64,000 bases of DNA from a virus. The stretch lies in IMG/VR virus record IMGVR_UViG_3300027082_000001, positions 9,613 to 73,612 of that record; one strand, written 5' to 3'. Shown piece by piece: positions 28,437 through 37,810 of this stretch. The first letter of the stretch is position 1; each line of letters opens with the position of its first letter. The notes under the pieces were generated by a model. The model saw only the letters and a program-made list of their open reading frames with translations, was not told the DNA's origin and made no database searches. A program made the translations under genes and the position numbers.

Positions 28437-29162
28437 TTACTCGTGAGCGTCCACGGCTCCACGAGCTTTCTGGTCTTTCGCCAGAGATTCGACTTCTTCT
28501 TTTGAAAGAGGAGGAAGCTCTTCGATTGAAAAACGAGGCATGAGAACAGTCTTGTACTGCTTCACACCGAAGCTCTGGCCACGTTGTTTGATCTCTTTTC
28601 GCATCGGATAGCGTTCTTCACGCATCGAATTGATGAGGATTTCGGGAACGTGATAGCCCAGTTCATTCTCTTCACCAAAGGGAATATACTTCGAAACCTT
28701 GCCACAAAACTTGTTGTAGACGGTCTTGATGGAACCCGGCAGAGCAGAATCATTTGGATCCAGATTGGTGATCCGCACACGATGAAGACGCATTGCCTTG
28801 GCACGAACGATGGCACGCTGTTCAGCCTGAGTCAGTCCGGGAGTATGGGGATTCAGCAGAGCCTGTGCAGTACGAGGAAGGTCCATGACAGATTTTTTCT
28901 TCAGAACTGCTTTCGTTTCGTCCGTCGTCTGGTTCTTCAGAGCCTGCATCAAAGTCTGATCGACTTCATCATCTGGTTCATTCTCAGACTCTTGTCGGTT
29001 CAGAAGAACCGGGAGAATCTTCTCCTTCAGAGTGCCAGCACCAGTATTGCCAGAGAACGAGACTTCGAGTTCATTGGCGATGTAACGAAGCACTTCCTTG
29101 TCATCCGTGTTGTCCACGATTTCCAGAAGCTCTTCAGTGGTTTTGTTGGAGATATCATCCAT
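28437..29162 (-). CDS. N4 gp55-like morphogenesis protein
   Basis: AMRLHRVRITNLDP...YIPFG...YHVP...LAKDQ; follows the capsid gene. Confidence 0.82.
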   Translation of the reverse strand: MDDISNKTTEELLEIVDNTDDKEVLRYIANELEVSFSGNTGAGTLKEKILPVLLNRQESENEPDDEVDQTLMQALKNQTTDETKAVLKKKSVMDLPRTAQALLNPHTPGLTQAEQRAIVRAKAMRLHRVRITNLDPNDSALPGSIKTVYNKFCGKVSKYIPFGEENELGYHVPEILINSMREERYPMRKEIKQRGQSFGVKQYKTVLMPRFSIEELPPLSKEEVESLAKDQKARGAVDAHE

Positions 29163-29196
29163 TGGGTTTTTCCTTTTGAGTTACCATGGTGCAGTC

Positions 29197-29225
29197 CGCT
29201 TAACACAGCCTAAAAACCAAGACAA
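29197..29225 (-). promoter_or_regulatory. putative host sigma70-type late promoter
   Basis: TTGTCT-N17-TAAGCG just after the capsid terminator and upstream of gp55. Confidence 0.35.
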
Positions 29226-29254
29226 GAAATGAAAGAGGCACCCGAAGGTGCCTC
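29223..29254 (-). terminator. intrinsic terminator after major capsid gene
   Basis: Minus strand GAGGCACC-TTCG-GGTGCCTC followed by TTTCATTTCTTG. Confidence 0.85.
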
Positions 29255-29276
29255 AATCAGTCTTATGTACCTGAGA

Positions 29277-30719
29277 TTACTCAGGGATGGGGCTGTAGGC
29301 CACGGCCATACGTTCACCACGAAGCTTGATGAAGCCGTAGAAGAACTTGACCGAGGAGAACCCGATCTTGCCGTAGGGGTCAGTCCGGTCAGCAGTCTTC
29401 TCACCGGGCTTCTTGACGATGATGCGGAACTTGGACTTGCCTTTCCCACCCATGCCCTGAAGGCCGATGGTTGCGAATGCTTCGTCACCGATCACAAGCA
29501 GCGGAGCAACATCATAGCGACCACCAGTGGCTTGATAGCCATCATTGGTGCTTTCAGTTGCACCAACACCCTGCCAGCGCATCATCTGCGGAACCACGAT
29601 GATCCGAAGATGAGCAGTCGGAATTGCACCGATCTCACCATTCATGATCGTTGCAGCATCTGCATACTTCTCAACGGGTATGAAGTCTGCCCAATCACTG
29701 ATCATGATTTGCAGTTCAGAACCGATGTAAGCGATACGCGATGCCGAGATCACACGGGTGTCAGTCATCCGCGAACCCTTGATGATACGGGTTTTCTTCG
29801 GAGTCCGGTTGTCATCGAGGATGACGCTCAGACGCTTCAGATCACCGACATCGAGAGCCGTGACAGAACCATCTTCACCAGAGACTTCAGCCACCGAAGT
29901 TGCAGTACCGGGGAAGATCTTCACGTCCGCAGCCGACAGGAGGTCAGCTTGCAGAAGGTCTTCGTAGATCTCGTTCGCACCACGGAGCATCTCACGCGAG
30001 AGATGGCCGTAGAGGTCCGAGTCGGTATCGAACATCAGCGAATCTTCAGTCCATTCCATGAAGAAGCCGTGCTCTTGGATTTCACCCTTGCGCTCCAAAC
30101 GGGTAAAGCCGACGCGGTTCACACGACCACCTTGTTCCGTCAGAGTCGGCATTTTGCCGAGGATCGTACCCACGTCACGCGAACCACCGTACAGAGAACC
30201 AGCGTTCTCCATCTTCACACCGGCACCAGCAGCAGAGATTGCTGCGTCAGCATCGGTTTCGTTCGCGTAGTGAACCACATAGTCGGTCATACCAATCAGG
30301 GTCAGACCAGTACCACCAGTGTCGTCAGCAGCATCGGTCGCAACCGTTTCTGCCGTACCAGTGGCCGAGTTCACGTTGTCGTTGATAGCAGTTACGGCAG
30401 CAGCCGAGCCAGCATTGGCGACAGTCAGCGGGTTGGGGAACGTCACAGTGAACGTGCCGGGGACACGGGCCACACCATTGGCGTCGATGCCTTGGTCGTT
30501 GATGTTCAGTTCGTCCAGAAGCGGCACGTAGTAGTATACGCGCAGTTCTTTACCGTAGTGCTTCGGCATAGACTTCGCATCCGCCAGCGGCGAGAAATAC
30601 ATCTCTTCGGCAGCGTCGATCAGCGATTTTCGATCCCAGTAGTGGGTGTTGAACTGGGGGCCAACGCTGGACTGGTTGCCAGCCTCGTTGACCTTCGGGG
30701 CGTTATAGATCTGAGCCAT
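29277..30719 (-). CDS. major capsid protein (N4 gp56 family)
   Basis: MPKHYGK, YYVPLLDELNINDQGIDA, PTLTEQGGRVNRVGF, DPYGKIGFSS; strongly biased codons. Confidence 0.96.
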   Translation of the reverse strand: MAQIYNAPKVNEAGNQSSVGPQFNTHYWDRKSLIDAAEEMYFSPLADAKSMPKHYGKELRVYYYVPLLDELNINDQGIDANGVARVPGTFTVTFPNPLTVANAGSAAAVTAINDNVNSATGTAETVATDAADDTGGTGLTLIGMTDYVVHYANETDADAAISAAGAGVKMENAGSLYGGSRDVGTILGKMPTLTEQGGRVNRVGFTRLERKGEIQEHGFFMEWTEDSLMFDTDSDLYGHLSREMLRGANEIYEDLLQADLLSAADVKIFPGTATSVAEVSGEDGSVTALDVGDLKRLSVILDDNRTPKKTRIIKGSRMTDTRVISASRIAYIGSELQIMISDWADFIPVEKYADAATIMNGEIGAIPTAHLRIIVVPQMMRWQGVGATESTNDGYQATGGRYDVAPLLVIGDEAFATIGLQGMGGKGKSKFRIIVKKPGEKTADRTDPYGKIGFSSVKFFYGFIKLRGERMAVAYSPIPE

Positions 30720-30747
30720 GGTGTTTTCCTTTCAGTGTCTCAGAGTT

Positions 30748-32133
30748 TCACTCGGGAGGAGCCATCTTCAGGAATTCCTCATCCGACATTTTATCGAAGT
30801 CAGGTTCTTTCGGGGTCATATTCCCGGTCTGCTTCGAGGGAGGTGTCGAAGAAAGATGTGGATTGGCAGCAGGCTTCTTCGTACCTGTCTGCTTCCTCGC
30901 CCCCTGTGCAACTGGCTGATTCTGAGGTTGGCCCGATTGGAGCGGAGCCATAGAATTACCACCTTGCGCGGGATTTTGTTGAGGTTGATTGAATACTCCA
31001 GCGTTCTTCATGGCTTCTCCGACTTGATCGAAGGCTTGAAGGAAGGGAACTCCCTGCAAATAACCAATCGAGCGTTGATAATTCAACTCCTCTACCACCT
31101 TGTCGTAGATCCCACTCGCTTTCATTTCAGAGAGATTGCCGATAATTCCCGGATTCTCTCGAAGTTTGGCTTTGGACGGTTTGTCCCAGTCTTTGTGGAT
31201 ATGCGATACCAGAGCCTGACCTTCAGGTGTAGCAAGTGCATTATCCAACGCATCCCGGAACTCGTTATCCTGTGGGTCGCCTTGGTAGTTACTAGCCTGA
31301 TAACCCGAATCTTTTTCCGTATCAAGGTCCATTGGGTCGATATTGTGACTTTTTAGCAACTGTGTGATTGCGCCTTTGTCACCTTTCGATAGGTCGATAA
31401 GGAAATTCAACTTGTTTGGATCGTTCAAACCTTGGTCTGTCAGCATCCGATTCAGTTGCTTCATTGGCTTGATTTCCTGCATCCGACGCGAATAATTCAC
31501 GCCTTGCTGCATCAAGCGAATTGCATCTTCCGGAGAACGCACAGTGAAATCTTTCCCATCCGCTTTGAATGGTTTGGTAATCTCTTGATAAAAACCAAGA
31601 GCAGTATCCATCTGTGCAGTGTCCATGCCATCAGGGAGTTTGTAGTATCCAGCTTTGGCAGGAGTTTCTTTACCTTTTACAGATTTTTCTTCTCCGGTTT
31701 CGCCATCGGGAGTCTTCCCTTCTTCCCCGGTGTCTGTTTGGGATTGCTTACCTTTCGATGAATCTTCCTCGCCGGTAGCTTCTTTTCCTTCACCGGCCAT
31801 GGGGTCAGTGTTGTTTTCGGTATTTTCCGGGTCTTCTTCTTCGGACCCGTCAGTGATGCCGGAATCAGAACCATCGTCGGACTCGCCAGACTTATCAGTG
31901 TCAGTAGATGCGTCAGACCCGTCAGGATCATTGCTATCATCTTCTTCTTTTCCATCTTGTGGTTCGTCTTCTGGGTCGTTCGATCCTTGTACTGGAGCAT
32001 CGTAGTCTTCCTCGCTAGTCAGAGATGTTTCACCGTCCGGAACATTTCCCGAATAGTCTTCTTCTGACAGCTTGAGGAAATCCTCATCGCTCATGTTTTC
32101 AAAATCGTTGCGTGTGGTAGGTTCTTTAGCCAT
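30748..32133 (-). CDS. N4 gp57-like protein (probable scaffold)
   Basis: MSDEDF / MSDEEF at both termini, PFKADGK, LMQQGVNYSRRMQ; acidic N-half. Confidence 0.85.
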   Translation of the reverse strand: MAKEPTTRNDFENMSDEDFLKLSEEDYSGNVPDGETSLTSEEDYDAPVQGSNDPEDEPQDGKEEDDSNDPDGSDASTDTDKSGESDDGSDSGITDGSEEEDPENTENNTDPMAGEGKEATGEEDSSKGKQSQTDTGEEGKTPDGETGEEKSVKGKETPAKAGYYKLPDGMDTAQMDTALGFYQEITKPFKADGKDFTVRSPEDAIRLMQQGVNYSRRMQEIKPMKQLNRMLTDQGLNDPNKLNFLIDLSKGDKGAITQLLKSHNIDPMDLDTEKDSGYQASNYQGDPQDNEFRDALDNALATPEGQALVSHIHKDWDKPSKAKLRENPGIIGNLSEMKASGIYDKVVEELNYQRSIGYLQGVPFLQAFDQVGEAMKNAGVFNQPQQNPAQGGNSMAPLQSGQPQNQPVAQGARKQTGTKKPAANPHLSSTPPSKQTGNMTPKEPDFDKMSDEEFLKMAPPE

Positions 32134-32178
32134 GATTCTTCTCCATCATTGGGCTTAGGGAAATGACGAAAGCCGGGA

Positions 32179-32568
32179 TTATCCGGCTGCCGCTTCTTCT
32201 GCTTTGATTGCTTCGTCACGAGCCTCTTCGAGAGCAACCATCTCATCACGGGCCATGTTACCCTGTTCGATGATATTCTTCATGTAGGTTCGGAAATCAC
32301 CAATCGAAACCAATTGACGAGAACAGTCTTCTCGAACTTTCTCATTCAGACGACCAGAAGCAACCAGTTCTGCCAGTCGTTGCGGTTCATCGGTAAGATA
32401 ACCTTCCATTACGAGAGCCTTGAAATCTGCATTATCTGCAAGACGACGGGCTGCATCAGCACGTTCAATGATCGTACTGTAATGAGCTTTGGCTTCTTCG
32501 TATTGTTCGAGGGTCAGTTCAATGGGGGATTCGTCTTCTTCCCCCATGGATGCGTTGTATAGATCCAT
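32179..32568 (-). CDS. N4 gp58-like protein
   Basis: RLADNADFKALVMEGY motif; between portal and gp57. Confidence 0.8.
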   Translation of the reverse strand: MDLYNASMGEEDESPIELTLEQYEEAKAHYSTIIERADAARRLADNADFKALVMEGYLTDEPQRLAELVASGRLNEKVREDCSRQLVSIGDFRTYMKNIIEQGNMARDEMVALEEARDEAIKAEEAAAG

Positions 32569-32589
32569 TTGCAGTCTCCAGTATTGGAC

Positions 32590-32614
32590 CGGGGGACCGA
32601 GGTTTCAGTCCCCC
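32590..32614 (-). terminator. hairpin after portal gene
   Basis: GGGGGAC...GTCCCCC inverted repeat directly after the portal stop; no clear U-tract. Confidence 0.45.
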
Positions 32615-32621
32615 TTCAGTC

Positions 32622-34997
32622 TTATTGGCTGCTTAATGGCCCCATTGGAACTCTTTGTCCACCCCCTTGGCTAAATTCCGGGACCATGGAAGGGTCTGAA
32701 AACCCTGAACCAAGAGCAGGAGCACCTGAAGGTTGACCCGGTGCAGGACCACTGGCAACCGGAGGAACAACCCCTGCTCCAGCTTTCACGTCGTCCTTGG
32801 CATCCGACAGAGCGTTGTATCCGACGGCTGCCTCAATATTCTGCGGAGGAGTTTCACCTTCCAGCAGAGCCTTGGTAACTTCCAGACTACGATTGCCAGC
32901 AGCTTGAGCACCCATCTTCTCAACTTCTCGCTGATGAGAGACACCAGAGACATCATTAGTGACTTCTTCCAGTAGTTTTGCAGCACGAGCACGAGCTTCT
33001 TCTGCACGGGCTTCGTCCAGAGCAACTTCACTTTGAAGTTTGGCCAGTTCTGCCTTGGCAGTTTCTACAGCAATCGGATCAGGTTGAGGCTCATAAGAAC
33101 GAATCTGTTCGGCAAGGTCAGGCATACGCTTGAGATCTGCAATCTTGCCAAGCACGATTTTCCGAAGATTGGGATCCATATCCGGACCCACAGTCTGAAG
33201 AACCATACCAAGATCATTGGCTTTTTGTTCATCAACAGAAGCAGTTGAGATATCAACTTTGAGGTCGAAGTTACCTTCGAGTTCTGCACGAGAAACTTCA
33301 ACGAACTCTTCGTTTGTGACTCGAACAATTTCTTGCTCACTCAAGAATTTAGCGTTCATGGCAATGATCTTGGTGCCAATATCTTGCATACCTTTGGCAA
33401 GACGACGAAGAATCGACATCTCACGAGTTGCAGCCGAATCCAGAGCACCACGGATACCCGTAGCAACTGAACCATAGGCATCACCAGAAATACCTCCACT
33501 GAACGATTTCACACCTGTAAGTGCTTCAGCTTCAGCATTCTGCATCTGAATGGTTTCATGAGCAGAGCGAGGAATCTCCGGATATTCCATCTGACGGATG
33601 TTGGTTTTCGGATCATTATTTGGATTGAATTCGAAATCCTCACCATTCACAAACCGACGTTTGTTGATTGGATCGAGAAAGCCTTTGGCATAACCAGTCT
33701 GAGAATTGGCAGAGCGACCCATGAGGTCAATGACTCCACGAGTGACAGCACCAATGATACGCTGGTTGTCTTGGAGCAGCGATGCATCGGCCTCACCAAA
33801 AACCGATTTGAGAATGGGCATATAAGGAATGATGACGAACGGAGGCTTGTTGTCCGGAAATGGGTTTTCACGCATCTCGATGATAGTTTCACCAACCCAT
33901 GTCACGACAATAGGAACCATGACACCAGTTTCGTAGATGTCGTAATAACCCCAGTATTCGTAAACCAGAATCTTCTGTTTATCAGCAGAACCAGATTCAG
34001 CCCCTGTACGCATGTCGTTGTTCGGTGTGTTGGATTCGTGATCTGGGTTCCCATGTTGAGATTGAATCTTTGCAGACTCCCAATTCACTTGATCCAGATT
34101 CTGATACTGATCCTTCCGAGCCTTCAGTTCAGACGAAGTGGCTTCATAGGTATGAATCATATACTGGGCATTCTCCCAGTCACCATCACACGACGGATCA
34201 ACGAACAGGTTTGCCACGTTGATGATACGAATAGACGGACAGTTCTTCACCATCCGCTCTTCTACAGTTTCAATCACCCCATCTGCTTCAGCAGTGACAG
34301 GTTGACCAAGTTCAGCACTCATCTCAGCAGCAGCTTTCAAAGATTCAGGCAGGGATTCCCAATCAGGAACCTGTGCCTGCATCATTTGTACAGCTTGCAT
34401 GATCAACTGAGCTTCACGTTCATCTTGAACCGGGAAATAATTGAAATTCGTGGTTTCGACCTTTTCAGTCCGGTATTCCTGTTCCCAACCAACACGAACC
34501 ACCACAGAACCTTCATCCACAGCAGTTCGAACATAGCGGTCGATGAAGTCCACTTTGTTGATCTTGGTATCAAACTGCCAGTTCAGAAGGATCTGGTTTT
34601 GCTTGGCTTTGGGTGCATCTTCGTGCGTACGTGGAAGCACTTGAAACATCCGGTCGGTATTGAGGAAAGGCTCACTCAAAGCCGGATAGCGCCATTCGTT
34701 GTGTTTGCGGATCAGTTTGGGCTGAACAGCGGATCGACCCGGTTTCGCTTTTTTGGGAGCTTCTGCTCCTGTTGCGTTCCGGAGATCCAGCCATCCTTCG
34801 ACGTTGCTTTTCTGATCGTCAGTTTCCTGACGTGCAAATTCAAGATCCTGACGCAAATCTGCAAGATCAGGTTCTTTTTTCCACTTTGTCAGTTTTGGTT
34901 TGGGCTGCACATCCAATTGTTCAGGGTCCACGTCTTGAGCACCGGACATCTCGTTCCGGTCTTCCGACTGTACCTTGTATTCGTCATTCATTTCCAT
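32622..34997 (-). CDS. portal protein (N4 gp59-like)
   Basis: PKLIRKHNEWRYPALSEPFL, ENPFPD, EAEALTGVKSFSGG. Confidence 0.93.
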   Translation of the reverse strand: MEMNDEYKVQSEDRNEMSGAQDVDPEQLDVQPKPKLTKWKKEPDLADLRQDLEFARQETDDQKSNVEGWLDLRNATGAEAPKKAKPGRSAVQPKLIRKHNEWRYPALSEPFLNTDRMFQVLPRTHEDAPKAKQNQILLNWQFDTKINKVDFIDRYVRTAVDEGSVVVRVGWEQEYRTEKVETTNFNYFPVQDEREAQLIMQAVQMMQAQVPDWESLPESLKAAAEMSAELGQPVTAEADGVIETVEERMVKNCPSIRIINVANLFVDPSCDGDWENAQYMIHTYEATSSELKARKDQYQNLDQVNWESAKIQSQHGNPDHESNTPNNDMRTGAESGSADKQKILVYEYWGYYDIYETGVMVPIVVTWVGETIIEMRENPFPDNKPPFVIIPYMPILKSVFGEADASLLQDNQRIIGAVTRGVIDLMGRSANSQTGYAKGFLDPINKRRFVNGEDFEFNPNNDPKTNIRQMEYPEIPRSAHETIQMQNAEAEALTGVKSFSGGISGDAYGSVATGIRGALDSAATREMSILRRLAKGMQDIGTKIIAMNAKFLSEQEIVRVTNEEFVEVSRAELEGNFDLKVDISTASVDEQKANDLGMVLQTVGPDMDPNLRKIVLGKIADLKRMPDLAEQIRSYEPQPDPIAVETAKAELAKLQSEVALDEARAEEARARAAKLLEEVTNDVSGVSHQREVEKMGAQAAGNRSLEVTKALLEGETPPQNIEAAVGYNALSDAKDDVKAGAGVVPPVASGPAPGQPSGAPALGSGFSDPSMVPEFSQGGGQRVPMGPLSSQ

Positions 34998-35007
34998 GGT
35001 CGGACCC

Positions 35008-35298
35008 TTATTTCAGGATTTCAGTCAGTTGCTGATAACCCTCTACAGCAATATCCTTTTCTTGACCACACTCGATAAGAGCATCACCAAGACGGCCCAT
35101 CCGGAGTTCATCTGAACCAACGGAAGTACCAGAGACAGTTCTGATCACATCCAAAGGATGAGGACAAGGATCAGATACATTCTCAGGGAGTGGTTGAACT
35201 TTCACTCCATCTGCGTTCCAACCGGCGCAACCCGCCAGTAGTAGCAACGCCGGGATTATCAGCACCTTCGGCTGCCAGAGCTTGTTGTTCAAGGTCAT
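35008..35298 (-). CDS. o-spanin (Rz1-like lipoprotein)
   Basis: Lipobox LLAGC after a hydrophobic stretch, Pro/Cys pattern; overlaps the i-spanin in another frame. Confidence 0.8.
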   Translation of the reverse strand: MTLNNKLWQPKVLIIPALLLLAGCAGWNADGVKVQPLPENVSDPCPHPLDVIRTVSGTSVGSDELRMGRLGDALIECGQEKDIAVEGYQQLTEILK

Positions 35299-35515
35299 TG
35301 ATTAACCCTTCCTTTTCACGGTTCAGCCGAAGAATCTCTGTGTTCTTCTGATTGAGATCGAGATTCAAATCAAGGATTTCATCTTGAAGCTTTTGCTTGG
35401 CTTCCAAATTCTTTTCAATTTGCCAAACTGTACCTTTGTGGACTCCAAAGGCAAAAGCCCCACCAATCATGGCGAGGCTGATACCCAACGCAATCAATTT
35501 ACGTTTTACAATCAT
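35183..35515 (-). CDS. i-spanin (Rz-like)
   Basis: N-terminal TM helix followed by coiled coil; directly after the endolysin. Confidence 0.8.
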   Translation of the reverse strand: MIVKRKLIALGISLAMIGGAFAFGVHKGTVWQIEKNLEAKQKLQDEILDLNLDLNQKNTEILRLNREKEGLINDLEQQALAAEGADNPGVATTGGLRRLERRWSESSTTP

Positions 35516-36171
35516 AGAAATCGCTCCAGCAGTCGTTCTCGAAGAATATTCCCAATGGCCACAGGGTCTTGGAAACCATTGGTATCACCGGGAAGTACAG
35601 TGTAATCCCATTTCCAGCGTTGCTTCACACCCAGAGTGGGTTCGACTTCTGCATGAGTGAGAGTGGTCCATTTCGAGACCGGAATGCCGTATTCCTCAAC
35701 CAGTTCAGCAGACTGTTCCAGCATTGCATCAATGCCTACCCAAGTAATGGGGTTGGATCCCCAAACCATGGGATTCGCTTGCTTCGAACCAGCCATAGCA
35801 TCGACAGATTGACCGATCCATCCAGTGTTCATCGACTTGGTGTGAGAGGCACCAATACCACGACGCCAATCATACATGACTTGTTCAGCCACAGTGGCAT
35901 CGCCTTGAATGGTATCACCCGTCGTAGAGTGGAGAAAGTTGTAGGCTTTCGTTTCAAGGTCAATGAAGCCTTTGGCTCCAGCCGTCCAATGCCAGACAAT
36001 CCCTCGAACTCCTCGATCAAAGAGATCTTGCTGACGAGAGACTCCACGTTTTCGCATGGCTTTCTCGATACCCTTTCGAGTGTTCGGACCCATGATCCCA
36101 TCAACTGTTAGAACGGCACCCCGAAGAATGCCGTTCACTCGCCCTTGGTAGTCTCGTACTGTGATGCTCAT
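35512..36171 (-). CDS. endolysin, N-acetylmuramoyl-L-alanine amidase with N-terminal PG-binding-like segment
   Basis: VDGIMGPNT segment; IVWHWTAG, ASHT, LTHAEV, KWD amidase_2 Zn-site pattern. Confidence 0.88.
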   Translation of the reverse strand: MSITVRDYQGRVNGILRGAVLTVDGIMGPNTRKGIEKAMRKRGVSRQQDLFDRGVRGIVWHWTAGAKGFIDLETKAYNFLHSTTGDTIQGDATVAEQVMYDWRRGIGASHTKSMNTGWIGQSVDAMAGSKQANPMVWGSNPITWVGIDAMLEQSAELVEEYGIPVSKWTTLTHAEVEPTLGVKQRWKWDYTVLPGDTNGFQDPVAIGNILRERLLERFL

Positions 36172-36725
36172 CGGATGATATCCTCATTGGTTAGGTTGTA
36201 GATCAAAGTGTTTCGTTCTGGTTCATTGGGGTAGAAAACATTGGAACAAAAGTTCTTCGTAGAATCATCAACTCCAGAGTCGTTTGCTTTCACATCATAT
36301 CGAACACAGACATAAAATGATTCCGTTGGAACATCCGGAGGATCTGAGTTTTCATTGTCAAACCATGCAGCCCAACTCCAGTATTTAGGTTCGTCTTTCG
36401 CGTCAGTATAGTTTCCCTTTCCTTTCCGGGAAGTCAACCGAGTGCCATTTGCCTGATACACAGCAGCAGTCCATGTTCCAGATACAGGTTGAAGCGCATC
36501 AGCGTCATACTTGACCAAAGGTGCCAGATTGGAATCCACGTAGACAAGCTCTACAGTGGCACTGACAAAAGGACGATCAGCCAAAAAGGCATCATAAAAT
36601 TTGGTGTATGCTCCGTGCAGCATAATCAACAAAATGCAGAACACAGAACCTGCAATCATCACACGAAGATCGTCTCGATTCCTCGTGGTCTTTTCGGCGC
36701 GAATTTGTGGGACATATAAAGTCAT
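36168..36725 (-). CDS. membrane-anchored protein in lysis cassette
   Basis: One N-terminal TM helix, soluble domain with two Cys; ATGA overlaps with holin and endolysin. Confidence 0.7.
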   Translation of the reverse strand: MTLYVPQIRAEKTTRNRDDLRVMIAGSVFCILLIMLHGAYTKFYDAFLADRPFVSATVELVYVDSNLAPLVKYDADALQPVSGTWTAAVYQANGTRLTSRKGKGNYTDAKDEPKYWSWAAWFDNENSDPPDVPTESFYVCVRYDVKANDSGVDDSTKNFCSNVFYPNEPERNTLIYNLTNEDIIR

Positions 36726-37132
36726 TGGTTTTCCTCCGGGGTAGGAACTTGTTCCTCCTCTTCCAAACGACCATCAGGGCCATATTGGCGAATAGTAGGT
36801 GCAGTCGGTTCATTGGCTTCGCCTGAGATTAACCGCTCAACCAATGTCACAGCCACAAGGCCGATCAGAAACGAAGCAGCGGTGAGAGTTCCCATCGCTC
36901 CTGCCATCTCATCAGGAAGATCTCCAATCCAGGGTCGCATAATCACAGGCCCAAGTACACCAACGCCAAATGCGACGGCTCCACCTACGAATACAACTCG
37001 AAGACCCTCACGCCAAGTGGTCTTCAAGACTGCGGCACGTACAGATCCACCCAATGTACCAAAAAACGTAAGAATCGCAGCACGTTGGTTGAAAACTTCG
37101 AAAAATAGATTCGGATCCTTACTATCGCTCAT
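36722..37132 (-). CDS. putative holin
   Basis: Three hydrophobic helices, charged C-tail, first gene of the lysis cassette. Confidence 0.7.
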   Translation of the reverse strand: MSDSKDPNLFFEVFNQRAAILTFFGTLGGSVRAAVLKTTWREGLRVVFVGGAVAFGVGVLGPVIMRPWIGDLPDEMAGAMGTLTAASFLIGLVAVTLVERLISGEANEPTAPTIRQYGPDGRLEEEEQVPTPEENQ

Positions 37133-37800
37133 TAGACAAATCCTCGGTCTTGGAAGCGAGTATCCTCATCCATAACCTCTGATGTCTGAGATTTGTTCTC
37201 AATGACATCATCACCCATCATTTTTAGATAAAGGCCATAGTAGGAATCTCCCTTTGCAGTGTGTTCTTCACCACCCATGTGGCTGAGATATATCCCTGAG
37301 ACATAAAGTACCAGCACTTCATAAAGATGATACGGAAGTTCCATTGCGTCATTCAGTCCAATCTTCGGATGACGGGTTTGGAATTTGAGATCAACCGCAG
37401 GTGTGTAATCAGCCATGAAGGCATCGGTGAATCGCACAGTGCTGGGGGATGGAATTGTGATTTGGTTGTTCGTTTTTGGAATGAAGGTTTTCTCGTTTTC
37501 TGGAATCACTTTCATGTTTTTGTGAACACCGTGTACGGACAAGAGCCGTACATAGTTGGTGAAGACAGGATCGAGATTTTCATCGAGAGTGTAGATGTTC
37601 TGTCCGGGGATAAAGGACAGTGCATACGTCGTCTCGAACAACTTCAACCGGGTACTGATGTCAGCCAGTCCCTGATTAGTCAGTTCAAGTAGTTGATCTT
37701 CGTGTCCCGGATGCAGTTCACCCAGATCTTGATCGGCTACGGCTCCCGTGTTCTTGAGTTGACCCCAAGCCAGCTTGGTAATGAAATCTGTGAATTGCAT
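37132..37800 (-). CDS. virion adaptor/structural protein (N4 gp67-like)
   Basis: LAWGQL start, RFQDRGFV end; follows terminase. Confidence 0.8.
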   Translation of the reverse strand: MQFTDFITKLAWGQLKNTGAVADQDLGELHPGHEDQLLELTNQGLADISTRLKLFETTYALSFIPGQNIYTLDENLDPVFTNYVRLLSVHGVHKNMKVIPENEKTFIPKTNNQITIPSPSTVRFTDAFMADYTPAVDLKFQTRHPKIGLNDAMELPYHLYEVLVLYVSGIYLSHMGGEEHTAKGDSYYGLYLKMMGDDVIENKSQTSEVMDEDTRFQDRGFV

Positions 37801-37810
37801 GTATCATTCC

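Noticed and set aside
29229-30953. 574-aa plus-strand ORF antisense to the major capsid gene
   Set aside because: Shadow ORF expected from the strong codon bias of the capsid gene; no recognisable motifs; starts at the capsid terminator
31677-32000. Alternative-frame 107-aa ORF with a hydrophobic stretch inside gp57
   Set aside because: Explained by shifting Asp/Ser/Glu-rich codons by one base; no convincing RBS
33558-35078. 506-aa ORF antisense to portal (similarly 12065-13450 antisense to vRNAP)
   Set aside because: Codon-register mirror of a real gene with atypical composition and no motifs
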